Assembly (NCBI RefSeq): GCF_037042905.1 | Contig: NC_087245.1 | Location: 24,368,001 to 24,432,000 of the forward strand | Reading direction: 5' to 3' | Source of the DNA: Lytechinus pictus | Lineage: Eukaryota | Length of the DNA: 64,000 nucleotides | In this document: in pieces, positions 39,571-53,628 of the stretch | How positions within the stretch are numbered: position 1 is the stretch's first letter | Layout of the letters: each line of letters begins with the position of its first letter | Notes under the pieces: model-generated | Told to the model about the DNA's origin: nothing | Database searches by the model: none | Seen by the model: only the letters and a program-made list of their open reading frames with translations | Made by a program: the position numbers and the translations under genes

Positions 39571-40981
39571 AAAATTATACAATTTTTGTTTTATGGGCAA
39601 GACCAAGAAGTTTTGTATACAAGGTCCAGAGTGGACAAAATAATAATGAGGGAGTGATTTGGAGAATGGCAATTCAGAAAAGGGAAATATACAGAACAAT
39701 GCTGTATGACTCTTTATATTGAACACGTTTTTTTTTTCATTAAAGAAATATGATAATGCATTTGCACTTCATGTTTCTTCAAATGTGTAATAGGTAAAAG
39801 TATACCGTAAAAAGATTTCTTCATTCTAAATTGGTTTCCTATACTGTAAATGGACCTGTATTTCATATTTTGTTGAAGCTCTTGTATGTACAAGTGTTTC
39901 GGCAGTGTCCTGTTACTGAATATATATTTTTTTCTAAATAGGTATTCTATTTGAAGTACACAAACATGTTGTAGCATAAACCTGGACTTTATATTTACTA
40001 TTGTAAATGAATGTGCTTGCACATGTCTTTGCAGCTCGTACTTGAGAAGGCAATTTTTAGCTGCGGTGAAATTTATTTTCTCAACTTCTCAAGATATTTA
40101 GGAAAAAACAACAACAAAATGACTGATGATTATTAAAAGTGATGTAAATAATTTTGATTTAAAGATGAGATAATGCCATAGAACCTTTACCGGTATACCA
40201 AATAACAATACAAGCTTTCATTTGATAGGCAAACATTTTTTTATCTTTTTTCTCCCTTTTGTATGTTTCATATAATGCAATGTCATCATATCACCTCTTA
40301 TTACATGTACACTGTATGTTATTCAGAACTTTTGTATATCTAATTTTGGTTAAGATTTCAGTGTTTGCAAGCTTCTTTGGAGCTCCAAGGAACTTGACCA
40401 ACTCGTTGATCAACACGTAATGTAGGCCTTTAAGATCAAATGAGAGTATTCCTGATCAGTCTTGACGAAAATGTATTGAAATAAGCTTGGATTAAATTGT
40501 TATTGTTACAGGTATAAGAGACAGCAATGTTTTGAATAGAGATGGCAGTTGTCTCAGGAAGCTCCAATATTTTTATTCTTATAAATCTTTACCTTTTGTA
40601 TCATGCCATTTAAAAAAAAATAATGGTTTTCAAGAAATTATCGGGTGCTCTGTCCCACCCAAAAGAATGTAATTGATCAATCTTTACAATCTTTTAAAAG
40701 GAGATTTATGATTAGCGTATCAAAAAATGCATTCTGCTTCTGCAAAGGTAGCTATGAAAAAATGGACCCTATGATTTGCCCAGCATCTCATTCATTTTTT
40801 ATGACTTATCTAATATTTTTGCTATTTCACTCAATGCTGTAAGAGGGGAGAATGAAAATTCAAGCAAATATTTGTAATCAAGAAGAAGGGTACTACCACT
40901 ACATGTATATGTACCAGTCTAAATGAATTATGCACAGCCATCCTGGCATCATGTATCTTGATGGTGACATGAAGGGGACTT

Positions 40982-41144
40982 CTGGGAGGGTTTAATCAAC
41001 ATTTTTGTGCGACAAGTTGTCAGATCTGACATCTTTCCTTGATTTTGATTGGCTGAAAGGCACTGTTACTATGGTAACTTTCAGATGAAATGGGACTTGT
41101 CGGGAAAAAACGTCTGACAAGTGCTTTCATGAAACACACCCCAG
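40982..41144. mobile_element. CWG-target MITE (X-box/CCAAT family, reverse orientation)
   Basis: Reverse complement of the 15336/20581 family (GTTGTCAGATCTGACA..TTTCCTTGATTTTGATTGGCTG). Confidence 0.7.
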
Positions 41145-42223
41145 GTCTAAAAGGGGCCGGGGAATAATCCAATACGGGAGAGATAAAAAGTTTTAAAATT
41201 CTTTAATCAGTACAATGCATTAAAGGCAAGAATGTGAATGTTTGTCGCATGTTTGTTCAAAGGGATGTCAAGTCAGAATCGCGATGTACATGTAGCACTC
41301 TGTTTGATCTTGACATTGATGGTTTTGAATGGCGTGATGATCACCCAACCATCTCTGCTCCATGTTGCTTTGACATTACATAAGATACTTGGATTCCCGA
41401 CTCAGGATTTTATGGTTCTTCCAACTTCTTCTTTTTAATATACATGTAAAGTCCCCTTGAATGACAATACCTGTGTCTTTCAAACAGCATTGATTTGTCA
41501 CAACTGCACATTGGCCTCCATTTCTTCGCTTGAATCTCTCCTTTTTTGTCAACGGCACGCTTTCTTGTTGTTACTTTATCTATCTGATGAGAATGGTCAA
41601 AAGCTTTGGTTGGCATACAGTGTAGGCTACATGTACATACATGTATATACCTCATAAAACTTTGCGTTAAAATGCTATTCATTATTAAAGATTCAATGTA
41701 TGTATTTTGATTGCTGAGTATAAAAAGAATAAATAGATTTACATATAAAAGTCAGGTTGCAGAAAAATTAGGGTGTTAAAATTGATTTCATTTCTTGAGG
41801 GAAATAAAGTGCCATGAGCGCCCAGCTGAGGTGGATACCAGCGCTTTTATACAAGAACACATCATCATCAAATGCCCAATTTTTCAAAAACATGTATGTC
41901 TGTCTGTCTGTGAATGAAGTACAGAATACACAATATACACGGTCTGGAAATCAGCCTAAAACTATGCCAGACCCTCCCTCCATAACAGGACCTACCACAA
42001 TGCAAGCTCAAGGCCTCCCAAGTGTGCTTCTATGAAATTCCTGTACTTTGCCCCGTGACCTTTGACCTCATATTCATGACCCCTTGGCATTCACTGTTAC
42101 TCTGACTCTGTCCTGAAGTAACCTCTTTTCTTCATGAACTTGTCATTTGTTTTCTTTATTTTTTTCTTCCTTGCGCATTCCTTCCAGCCTTCAAATAATT
42201 GGTAGGACATGATGAATAAAAAA

Positions 42224-42406
42224 CAGGGGTGTGAGAGTTCAGATTTTTATCTGATTTCAGATTTTTTTCGTTTTGATTTTCAGCTTAATTTCAGCTTATT
42301 TTTGGCTTTCCTCTGTACAAAAAGTATGGGAGCTCTTTCTATTTCAGACTTTCTACAAGTTTCAGCTTTTTTCAGATCTTTTTATTTGTGACCACTCACA
42401 CCCCTG
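42224..42406. mobile_element. hAT-like MITE
   Basis: CAGGGGTGTGAG / CTCACACCCCTG, flanks ATAAAAAA / ATAAAATT, and internal TTCAG(A/C)TT repeats. Confidence 0.7.
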
Positions 42407-43650
42407 ATAAAATTGAAATTAAACTGAACGTGAACAATTTTGGATTCAATTAAAGAAAGTACATGTAAGGTGCAAAATTTGAAGAAGAGTACATGTAGTT
42501 GTAATAGCTAAACTTTGCTGTAATATTTCATCACCAATGTTCTCCCTCTATCTGACTCAAATACATGTATATTGTTGTTGGTGATATACTTTTGTTGTTG
42601 AGTTGAAAATGTCCATCATTTGGTTCATACTGTAGGTTCACAAAGGGAAAAATAAAGCAAATAACGTGTTTTCACTTTATTGCTCTTCTGCTACCCTGAA
42701 TTTCTTACTTGAATATCAGATTCTACAATTTTACATAAGAATTTAAATGTCATAGATGTCGAAAATAAACATGCATTTATAATCAGTAGGGAATATTTGT
42801 ATTAATGGCAAGTGCTCATTAGGCCAAGTCTGTTCTTGTTAAGTTATACGGAATAAGATGGATCACTTTTCACAAACAAATTAATCAGAATTTGGAGTGA
42901 CATTGGGGTTTTTTTTGGCTCATCAATTTTATGCCCCAGTTTTGTAACCCTAGATCCTTTATTTGAATTTCAAATTCCACCCTCATACTGTACTTGGGAA
43001 TTTGAATTTCATGTTTGATACGAATAGTCAGGAAAAATATGTAAATGGCAGTTGTTAATAGCTCTGGAAAACTATGGGTGTTCTGGCGTTGAAATATTGT
43101 TACTGGATAAGCTGTTGAAATTAAAGTCCTTTTGCTTTACTCCACATTCAAATATATTTGCCAGCTGCATTCATTGTTTTTCAAACATGTATTCCTTGAT
43201 CATAGTTATTAGTGCTGTAGAATTATTTGGGTTTTTATTGCAATTTCTTTTAATAGTTCACTACAAAAATTTGTCATTTTTATACTACTGACTGTTAAAA
43301 TATTCACCATGTACAGTAGTTTTATTTTATTAATACATGTAGGGACCCAATTATAAGCATATTTGATATAGTTATGAGGCTTTCCTGTAGACTTAATACA
43401 GGAAATAAACTTGTGACATGAAATATTATTTATTACTCTGTATACATGTATATCTTTTCAAAGTCATTGATTGGTACAGTGCGCATGCAGGATTTATTTT
43501 TCTTTAAAAAAATTGCATTCACTCCCCCCCCCCTTTAATTACATGTAGTTCAAAATCTTCCTTTATACTTTGTCCTAATGTAAATCATGAAAGTTGAAGA
43601 AACCTTGCATTTCAATATTTCTTTTTCATTCTTTATTTCACCCTCTATAG

Positions 43651-43954
43651 ACGATGCGGAAAAAGTTCTTTGTCTTGCGTTCCGAGAGCAACACCGGCCC
43701 ATCGCGACTCGAGTATTACGACAACGAGAAGAAGTTTAGACTAGGCGGAGAACCCAAGCGGACAGTGCCTCTCTCTGCTTGCTTCAACATCAACAAAAAA
43801 TCAGACGCTAAACACAAGCATGCCATTGCCCTGTACACAAGAGATGACTGTTTTTCGTTGGTTGCTGATGATGAGGAATCGCAACAGGAGTGGTTGAGGG
43901 CGCTGCTGGAGCAGCAGAGGGCCGGAGGAGATGGCAAACTCATTCCTGCGTTCG
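43651..43954 (+). CDS. IRS: IRS coding exon 2 (PH domain)
   Basis: Polypyrimidine tract and TAG acceptor at 43648-43650. Encodes TMRKKFFVLRSESNTGPSRLEYYDNEKKF...CFNINKKSDAKHKHAIALYTRDDCFSLVADDEESQQEWLRALLE. Donor TTCG|GTAATG, 304 nt, phase 1. Confidence 0.96.
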
Positions 43955-44394
43955 GTAATGTCTTGAATTTTTGATCCCCGTCAGGTAACAAGAATTAAAC
44001 TTTTTTGCCAAATATCAGTATCACCGAAGTTGCATGGCAAATTTAATTCTCCCAATTTAGCTTGTGCATTACTATGAGCTGCAGCCATTACTAATGTAGA
44101 ATAAGTTTTGGAAACACACATTATTATCAAAACAAGGAAACCTTTTACTTGTCACCCATCATGTGCATTGTATGGCACTTCTTATCAAACTTATTGGAAA
44201 GTCATGCACAAGGCAGGTTAAGCTGTTGACTACTGAATTCTGTAATTCCCTTTATATGCTTTGTACAGAGAACATCCGGTCCAGTAGACAACGGGTTTAT
44301 ATAACGAAGAGTAATGTGAAACACCCAAGGCACCATTTCTCCATTTTATTTTATTCCACTCTTTTTATTTTTTGTGTACATACCACTTTGACAG

Positions 44395-44534
44395 AGCATG
44401 TCTGGCAGGTCACGGTGAAGCCGAAAGGGCTGGGATCCAGTCGACAGCTCAGTGGCATCTACCGACTGTGTCTCACAACGTCGACTATCAGCCTTGTCAA
44501 GATGAACTCAGAGAATCAAGGATTGGAGTTTTCA
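44395..44534 (+). CDS. IRS: IRS coding exon 3 (PTB domain, N-terminal half)
   Basis: Acceptor TTGACAG|AG completes GAG, giving F-EHVWQVTVKPKGLGSSRQLSGIYRLCLTTSTISLVKMNSENQGLEFS. Donor TCA|GTAAGT, 140 nt, phase 0. Confidence 0.96.
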
Positions 44535-44569
44535 GTAAGTCTAAGAATTATTTTCTCAATCCTCTAGCG

Positions 44570-44986
44570 TGACCTGCCAACCAGTACGTTTTTGCAACCA
44601 AAATACGGCAGTACGTTTTTTCTTTAAAAAATACGTTTTTTTTTTTTTAATCGTTATTTATTGAGAAAAATCATCTCTATATGTCTCTATTCATTAAAAC
44701 TTACACAAATATGGATATTAGATCAATCTAATTTCAGGTAACTTGTTTTTTTTTTTTTATCAGTTTGTTAAAACCAGGGTGAGATACATGTTTAAATGTT
44801 TTTTTTTTCATCTGCAAGACCAGTGCGCATTTTAGCTTGCATGCAGCTTGAGTGCCGCGATGAGCGAGTGCGCTATGCATTTTATTATGAAATACACTTT
44901 TTTTGGGAAAAATACACTTTTTTTGGGAAAAATACACTTTTTTTATCACAGAATACACTTTTTCATTCCCAGAGGTTGGCAGGTCT
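44570..44986. mobile_element. MITE ~35 bp downstream of the IRS exon 3 donor
   Basis: Inverted termini GACCTGCCAACC / GGTTGGCAGGTC, with internal AAAATAC(G/A) repeats. Confidence 0.6.
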
Positions 44987-46662
44987 GCTCTGGACCTTTT
45001 TATAGAATTTCTCTGTTTTGATATCCTCCTTTTGTAATGAAGCAAAATAGTGTAGGCTCATTTTCCCAATCAAATTTTTTCTGAGAATCACTTCAGAGAT
45101 AAGAAGGAAAAGAAAGAGAGAGGGGGGGGGAAGGGGGAAGAAAGAAAGAAGAATGTGGGGGAGAGAGAGAGTGAGTGAGTGTCCTATTAGTATGCAAGAA
45201 GACATTGACAGAGTAAAGTCAAATGACATGCACTTAGCGTGTGAAGTAAAATATTGTCTTAATGGAACATGGTTTCGGGCTAGTGCAAATGTACTCCATC
45301 ATAAGCCGGCGATAGGAACACGTTTACACTCTCAGGATGTCTGGAGTATTAGTGTTTGCTAGTGTGAACGCACTATTGAAGGTTGAGGAGAAGGTTCAAA
45401 GCAAAGATGCAATTGCCTTCCTTCAATAGATGTCCTGGATTGTCCGCATAATGAATAACAGTACTGCATTTGTGAAAGTAACGAGTTGATTGCTTTGGTT
45501 TTTGTAATTAGTGGAATTTCCTACATTCTTATGGCAGGTACATGTACATGTATTGCACCAAGCTGGAGCATAGAGTATCTGCTATGTTAACTGAACTGAA
45601 GTTTCTAGTATGAACATTCCTAAGTATCATGTGTACAGAGATTTGTACGTGTACCAAGTATAATTACCCTCACATTTGAATAGTGTGAACACAACAAGAC
45701 TCAGTAGTAATTAAGATTTATACATGAAATTGTAATCTCTACAGATGAGTCAGTTTCTTCTGTCAGCAAACAGAGAGAAAATAGAAATTGAAAATTGCCT
45801 AAATGAGATTGGAAGATAAAGATAGCAGTCATCAATTACTAGAATGAGGGGAAAAGCAAGAATGTCAAAGGCAGTGCATGTCTGAATAGATCATGGTAGT
45901 GAAAAACAAACAATCTAAACCTGTAGAAGTGTAGAAAGAAGGAAGATGAATTGAAACAAGGCTCAGAACCTTTTTTTCCCCCTGATCAAATTTCTAATAG
46001 GAATCCTAGGATTACTACAGAGATGACATTGAATGAGAATGAAAAATATTTCCTCTTGTAATATCATTGTTCATCTAGAATGTGGTTGTTATTGAAATAA
46101 TAATAGTGGCAAGATACATGTAGTCTTGATTATCCATTAAGGGTGTTTTGCAAATAATTTTCTATTTTTTTTAAACCAGCTCTTCTTCGCATCAATAGGA
46201 TGATCCTCGGTTGTCCATATTTCCCTAGGATTATCATTTTATTTCATTTATTTATTTATATTTATTTATTCATATATTTATTTACTTATTAATTAATTCA
46301 TTCATTATTTATTTATTTATATCTTTATTTCTTTTTTGGGGGGTTTGAAACTACCTAGTAAACAAGAACTTTTCCTTTCTTTCATGGGAATACAAATGTT
46401 TACAGTCAAGTGTCTGATACATAAAGAGATATTCTGAATGTTACTGAGAGTTATGAAGATTAGATACTAGATGAATACAGATATTTACATCTTTATATTC
46501 TATATATGATTTGATTGCTTATTTGAGTTTTTTTCCTGTTTTATGTGTTCTCGTACTCCTTTTCTGAAGGGATTTGATATCTACATGATATTTTTTTCAG
46601 ATTATTAGTATTATCGCTATCTTCATGAGATTTTTGCCTGCCGCTCTCTCTCCCTCTTACAG

Positions 46663-46805
46663 TTGTCAGCGATACGTCGCTGCGGTCACTCTGACTGTTT
46701 CTTCTTCATGGAGGTTGGCCGGCAATCTGTGACTGGTCCTGGAGAACTATGGATGCAGGTTGAGGATACAGTGATAGCTCAGAGCATTCATGAAGCCTCC
46801 TTGGA
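46663..46805 (+). CDS. IRS: IRS coding exon 4 (PTB domain, C-terminal half)
   Basis: Acceptor CTCTTACAG|. Encodes [47 protein letters not shown](E), with the IRS PTB hallmark IRRCGH...EVGR..VTGPGE.WMQV. Donor GA|GTAAGT, 143 nt, phase 2. Not in the ORF track. Confidence 0.96.
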
Positions 46806-46902
46806 GTAAGTATTTCACCAACCCTCTTGTACTATGAACCTGTTGCTTTCTAAAAACCACATGGTAAGTGAGTTGTCAGTGCCATACATTCATGTAGATA
46901 TA

Positions 46903-47561
46903 CAGCCCGACCTCTCTTATCCGGACATGTTGGGACTAGCACCAATCCGGATAAGGGATTTATACAGATCTGTGAGACCCAATATTGAATACATGCAGCT
47001 GCCTCCCCAATGGTAGCTACATGTACACATAATCTATTGTAGTGGGCGTACACAGACAGTATTTCACTGCTGTCAGTGCAAATTATAGGAGTTTTTTTAT
47101 GGAAATGAAATTGATTGGTTGCCAAAACTCTTGGATAATTTACCTACTGAAATGATTGATGAACACATCGAGCATACCTCAAAAGAAAGAGAATGACTTG
47201 AAACTTGGTTTGAAAATTGGATCATTGCAGCTTGTCCACAATGCAAGACGAGGTCTAGCGAGACATGTTTCCAACCCCCCCCCCAAAAAAAAAGAATGTG
47301 ATAAAATGTTTGCGCTGTGCCCTGATTTATTGGAAAATTATTCTTTTGATGATTTTGGTAAGATATTTACATAAAGAATAGGGTTGAAGGAAGGCTAAAA
47401 ATGAAAATGTATGTAATCAAACTGAGTTTGTGTAGGGATTTTGATTTTAGATTGAAATCTCATTTCCCCACTTACGAGATTAAAAAAAAATCTTGGCAAA
47501 TGTGCGTCCGGATAACAGAAAGATCAGGATAAGGGGAGGCCGGATAAGAGAGGTCGGACTA
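46903..47561. mobile_element. Tc1/mariner (Tigger/pogo-like) MITE
   Basis: TA-CAGCCCGACCTCTCTTATCCGG...CCGGATAAGAGAGGTCGGACTA-TA, with repeated CGGATAA subterminal motifs. Confidence 0.75.
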
Positions 47562-49889
47562 TAATTGATGATGTGCACTTTTGTATAATTTTCAAACCAT
47601 TTTCCAAGAATTTAGAGGCAACTCCTTTAATCTGACTTAATACAGTATGTAAGTGACACTGATATAAAAGATACTGTCACAAATCCTGTTTCCATTTTAT
47701 ATCATCCTTCTCTCCTAATCCTAACATTGCTTCTCAAATCCCAGATGTAACTTGACGTCTTCCCTTGCCCCTTGCTGACAGAATTTTCAGTAGCAATGGT
47801 TGATATACCCTACTCTCATTAAGGGGCCAGAGAAACACTCGACACAGGGAATCCATCATTTATTTCCCTTGATGGTGTGTTGGTATTTAGAGAGGAAATT
47901 AGAGAATCTAAAATATATTCTGAGTAGCTGATTTTGGTCATAGAAATAATGAAGTCTAGTATCCAATATGCACTTGATGCTTCTTGGAGAATACTTGAAG
48001 ATCCTCTTTTCTCCCAGACAGTGTTCTTGCGAAACTCAGATAATGTTTAATAGCATTCATTCTTTTCCAACTTATCTTTTCAATTTCATTCCTTGTTGCT
48101 TTCTTTACCTATTCCTTGCAGTTTTTTTTTTTTGGGGGGGGAGGGGGGTGTGAATGTCGTGTTTATGTTGTGATTTCAAGTGACTTTCCAAAATCCCCTA
48201 TGACTTGGCGTATCAACGTTGAGTGGGTTCCCTCTATAAAAAGCCCTTGCTGAATATCACTCAGACTGTACCTGAAGGAACCTAGAAAATTCCATTTAAA
48301 GAAAGAGAACATATGGATTCTATACTTTTTATTTTTATTTGTGGTTATTTTCATCAACATTTTTGTCAATTAACTCTTTGCAAACAAAGTATGTAATGTA
48401 CCTGTTGGAAATAGAATTTCATTTCATTTATTGGTTTCTGCAACACTTTTTCATAAACACATTTAATAACAGAGAAAATACAATAATATATGTATAACTG
48501 ACAAGCAAAACATTGAACAAAATTGCATTTTCTATTGATATATATTGCTTTTTACAAGGTTGCAGGGGTTGCCACTATAAGCTAAGCTTGACTGCATGGC
48601 AATCCATGACCATGGCCATGCTCATACCAAATAAAGCTTTCATATAACTTGCAGTTTGAAAAAAAATAGCTCCACCAAAAACGACGGGAGTAAAAAATAT
48701 TGAGTATTATCAAACCCACTATTTCAAAAGCTGTTCAATAGCATCAACAAGTTGTTTTTCTCTGGCAGTTACCATAGCAACAGTGACCAATGCTTCATAG
48801 CCAGTCCATAACAAGCTATCACTGCTAATGGCCAAAGCTGATTAATAATTCATTCAGTGCAGAAAACTTTCATGTAATGGCGCCTGGCTCATTTGCAAAA
48901 TCTCACTTTTTATCAGCAGAGGGTTAAATTTTGATTTAAATATTCTTGACATTAAAAGAATATTAAGGTTTTTTTTTAATCTCATTCGTACATGTATTTT
49001 AGTTTAGGCCCAAGTGATCAAAAGTGACTCTAGGAATCCTGTTTTGTTTTAGAAATTTGATAGTCATATATTTTATGTAACTTTTTGTGATGCATAGTCA
49101 TGGGATGATGTGTTGCGCATGCTTGTTAATTTTTTTTGTAGTTTTACATCAATTATACAAAATTAGTAAGTTTTACTCTCCCCCCCCCCTCTCTCTCTCT
49201 CTCTCATGATAGTGGTCCAAATATTTCATTTTCTGATTTCAAAATTGTATTGAAAAAGCTGACTATTTTACGATATTTGGTTAAAACTGCCTTCTTAATT
49301 TTGCACCCAAAAATATTGGAAAGAAGGAGAAGAATATTTAGTTTCTTTTTTTAGAAAGACAAATTATTTGTTTAATTCCATTTGTAACAAAAAGATATCA
49401 AAATAGTTTTAACTCTATGAATTTCAATTTATATACCTTTTTTGTGTTCTATTTCAAAATCAGAATAACAAATTATCTTATCATATTCTGAATCCCTCTC
49501 CCCTCTCCCTCTTCCCTGCTTTGCCTTAAGCCCCCCCCCCCCCCCATGGTCAGTAATTTTGTATTTGCTTCATGGTATTCAAAACTAAATGGAAATCAGA
49601 CACAAACCAACCTTTGACAGAAGAGTGAAGATGGACAGATGACTTACACCTTGTGGGCAAAACACTTACATGCCAAGTATTATATACATCATTCATGGAT
49701 TATTGCTTTAAAAGATTATGTTGGAATAGATTTTTCCCCCATTTCTTGTTGCTTGTTATACCATGGGACCAGAAAATGAAATTGGTAGCTGGTGAATTTG
49801 AAATAAGACACCGCATGGAAATGCCATGATTCAGGTGTTATTGTTCTTTTAATACGAAAAATTCCTTTTTTTTCTCAATCTTCAATATA

Positions 49890-50186
49890 CAGTGCATCCC
49901 AGAAAAATGATACCAAGAATTATTGATGATTTTTTTTTTATCTTAACTACACAAATACAACACAAACACAATGCAATACAATGCTCTGCAATACAATACA
50001 ATACAATACAATACATTACATTACATTACAATACAATACAATACAATAAAACACAATACAATACACAATACAAGAGGAAGATTCTAAGCTTTACAATGAT
50101 AGGTCATTTGTCTATTGTATTTGTGATTAAGTTATGAGAAATCGTTGATAATTCTCAGTTTTCGTGTTTTTTTCTAGGACACACTA
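49890..50186. mobile_element. Tc1-like MITE containing a (CAATA)n microsatellite
   Basis: TA-CAGTGCATCCCAGAAAAA / TTTTTCTAGGACACACTA imperfect TIR. (CAATA/CATTA)n at ~49950-50070. Confidence 0.55.
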
Positions 50187-50194
50187 CCGTATAA

Positions 50195-51090
50195 TACAGG
50201 TGTCACGCGCGTAAAACATTCCCCATAGACTTGTGTGTTAAAATGGCACTTTTGAAAAATTCATAAAAAATAAATGTGAAATTAGAGGGTGGAATGTTTA
50301 CTACCAATGGATAGGATATATATCTGACATTCCAAATCTGACCAGGAAAGGGTACCGTAGCCAGCTCATTTTAAACATAAATCGCCATTTATGAAGATAA
50401 CTATGAATCGATCGAATTCATCAACTGAAACAGTAAAATAGCCCTAATTATTCCGCCAGTCAAAAAATAGTTCCAAATTACTTATTTATCTTCCCAATTT
50501 GGGCGAAGTAAGTTCAGTAGTTACCATTTCTAGAATCAGTGTTAGATTTTGAATCACATTCATACATTTTTGTCAATCAGCAATATCAAATTGACAAAAA
50601 TTCGAATGGGTTGGGTCGAACGAATATCTTTAGCCCTCCTGATGTAATTAGGCTCGTGGAACCTATATTATGTGACTTATGTATTTTATTTTTTTGAATA
50701 GCTACTTTTCTATTCTTTTATATCTGTACACTCACACTAGCACAAAGAAATACATTGAAAATGCCTATTTTCTATGCAATGACCCATTTTAATGTGTTAC
50801 CCATACATGTTATTTTCACTATTTATGGATGTATACAAATCCTACCTGCATATAGCCCAACAGTGAATGCAATGACAATATAGGTCCCTATCAATTGTAA
50901 TATAAAAGTGTATGTAAATTCTGTGTAGATATCAGGATACCAGAACTGTCCCAAACATAATTACCAAATATACATGAGATTGGATGAGGAAACAATAAAA
51001 GAATGAGATACTACTTTAGTATATTTGCATTTGACCTATTCAAAATCTTCCTAGGGCTGTTGCCTCTCAGATGTAAGAAGGAAGAGATAC

Positions 51091-51125
<35 letters not shown>

Positions 51126-53628
51126 AAAATAATTTTATAGATGGCATGGCTTAATAAAGAGGGGGGGGGGGGGCTATACTAAGATTGCAGCACACAGCCA
51201 CCCCCCCTCCCTCCTTAGTTGAGCACTATTAGATACCTTACCTTACTCTGTGCCCCTTTCTAAATACCTTCTTGAAGGCACCACTCTAGTTCTCTTTAGT
51301 AAAGTTCTCAAAGTTCTATCTCCTCTCTACCTACCCCCTTCCTAAGAACAATTTTAACATGATGAATTTCTAAAGGTCTTTCTAATGCTAAGTAGGTGAT
51401 GTACACTAACACAAAACAATGATAAATCAGAACATAAAGAGGCCTTGACTCTATACCAATGTATAGACAAATGACTCTGTACCAATGACCAATATACATA
51501 TACATTCCTAGGCTACACAGACCTACTAACTTTACCTGATGTAGCCCTGCTAGCCATTAAATCCATTTTTTTTGCACCACTTCTGATGACTAAACATATT
51601 GATATCAGTGAGAAATTGTTTGCTACTGAAGAGTTTGGCCAGGTATTCCATCCGGCTACTAGGGATTTCCCATATTACTTACAGGTGTCACGCGCGTAAA
51701 ACATTCCCCATAGACTTGTGTGTTAAAATGGCACTTTTGAAAAATTCATAAAAAATAAATGTGAAATTAGAGGGTGGAATGTTTACTACCAATGGATAGG
51801 ATATATATCTGACATTCCAAATCTGACCAGGAAAGGGTACCGTAGCCAGCTCATTTTAAAAATAAATCGCCATTTATGAAGATAACTATGAATCGATCGA
51901 ATTCATCAACTGAAACAGTAAAATAGCCCTAATTATTCCGCCAGTCAAAAAATAGTTCCAAATTACTTATTTATCTTCCCAATTTGGGCGAAGTAAGTTC
52001 AGTAGTTACCATTTCTAGAATCAGTGTTAGATTTTGAATCACATTCATACATTTTTGTCAATCAGCAATATCAAATTGACAAAAATTCGAATGGGTTGGG
52101 TCGAACGAATATCTTTAGCCCTCCTGATGTAATTAGGCTCGTGGAACCTATATTATGTGACTTATGTATTTTATTTTTTTGAATAGCTACTTTTCTATTC
52201 TTTTATATCTGTACACTCACACTAGCACAAAGAAATACATTGAAAATGCCTATTTTCTATGCAATGACCCATTTTAATGTGTTACCCATACATGTTATTT
52301 TCACTATTTATGGATGTATACAAATCCTACCTGCATATAGCCCAACAGTGAATGCAATGACAATATAGGTCCCTATCAATTGTAATATAAAAGTGTATGT
52401 AAATTCTGTGTAGATATCAGGATACCAGAACTGTCCCAAACATAATTACCAAATATACATGAGATTGGATGAGGAAACAATAAAAGAATGAGATACTACT
52501 TTAGTATATTTGCATTTGACCTATTCAAAATCTTCCTAGGGCTGTTGCCTCTCAGATGTAAGAAGGAAGAGATACATAGAGAGAGAGAGAGAGAGAGAAA
52601 GAAAAATAATTTTATAGATGGCATGGCTTAATAAAGAGGGGGGGGGGGGCTATACTAAGATTGCAGCACACAGCCACCCCCCCTCCCTCCTTAGTTGAGC
52701 ACTATTAGATACCTTACCTTACTCTGTGCCCCTTTCTAAATACCTTCTTGAAGGCACCACTCTAGTTCTCTTTAGTAAAGTTCTCAAAGTTCTATCTCCT
52801 CTCTACCTACCCCCTTCCTAAGAACAATTTTAACATGATGAATTTCTAAAGGTCTTTCTAATGCTAAGTAGGTGATGTACACTAACACAAAACAATGATA
52901 AATCAGAACATAAAGAGGCCTTGACTCTATACCAATGTATAGACAAATGACTCTGTACCAATGACCAATATACATATACATTCCTAGGCTACACAGACCT
53001 ACTAACTTTACCTGATGTAGCCCTGCTAGCCATTAAATCCATTTTTTTTGCACCACTTCTGATGACTAAACATATTGATATCAGTGAGAAATTGTTTGCT
53101 ACTGAAGAGTTTGGCCAGGTATTCCATCCGGCTACTAGGGATTTCCCATATTACTTACAGGTGTCACGCGCGTAAAACATTCCCCATAGACTTGTGTGTT
53201 AAAATGGCACTTTTGAAAAATTCATAAAAAATAAATGTGAAATTAGAGGGTGGAATGTTTACTACCAATGGATAGGATATATATCTGACATTCCAAATCT
53301 GACCAGGAAAGGGTACCGTAGCCAGCTCATTTTAAAAATAAATCGCCATTTATGAAGATAACTATGAATCGATCGAATTCATCAACTGAAACAGTAAAAT
53401 AGCCCTAATTATTCCGCCAGTCAAAAAATAGTTCCAAATTACTTATTTATCTTCCCAATTTGGGCGAAGTAAGTTCAGTAGTTACCATTTCTAGAATCAG
53501 TGTTAGATTTTGAATCACATTCATACATTTTTGTCAATCAGCAATATCAAATTGACAAAAATTCGAATGGGTTGGGTCGAACGAATATCTTTAGCCCTCC
53601 TGATGTAATTAGGCTCGTGGAACCTATA
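50195..53628 (+). repeat. Near-identical A-B-A-B-A tandem array (A = 473-bp TA-flanked MITE-like unit, B = ~1.0-kb spacer)
   Basis: A at 50195-50667, 51680-52152 and 53156-53628. B at 50668-51679 and 52153-53155. Periods 1485 and 1476 bp. Confidence 0.95.

Noticed and set aside
43716..43991. Antisense ORFs over IRS exons (also 56359-56699)
   Set aside because: They are shadow ORFs of GC-richer coding exons.
51308..52981. Two identical 65-aa ORFs
   Set aside because: They are a by-product of the tandem duplication and have no recognisable domain or coding-like features.
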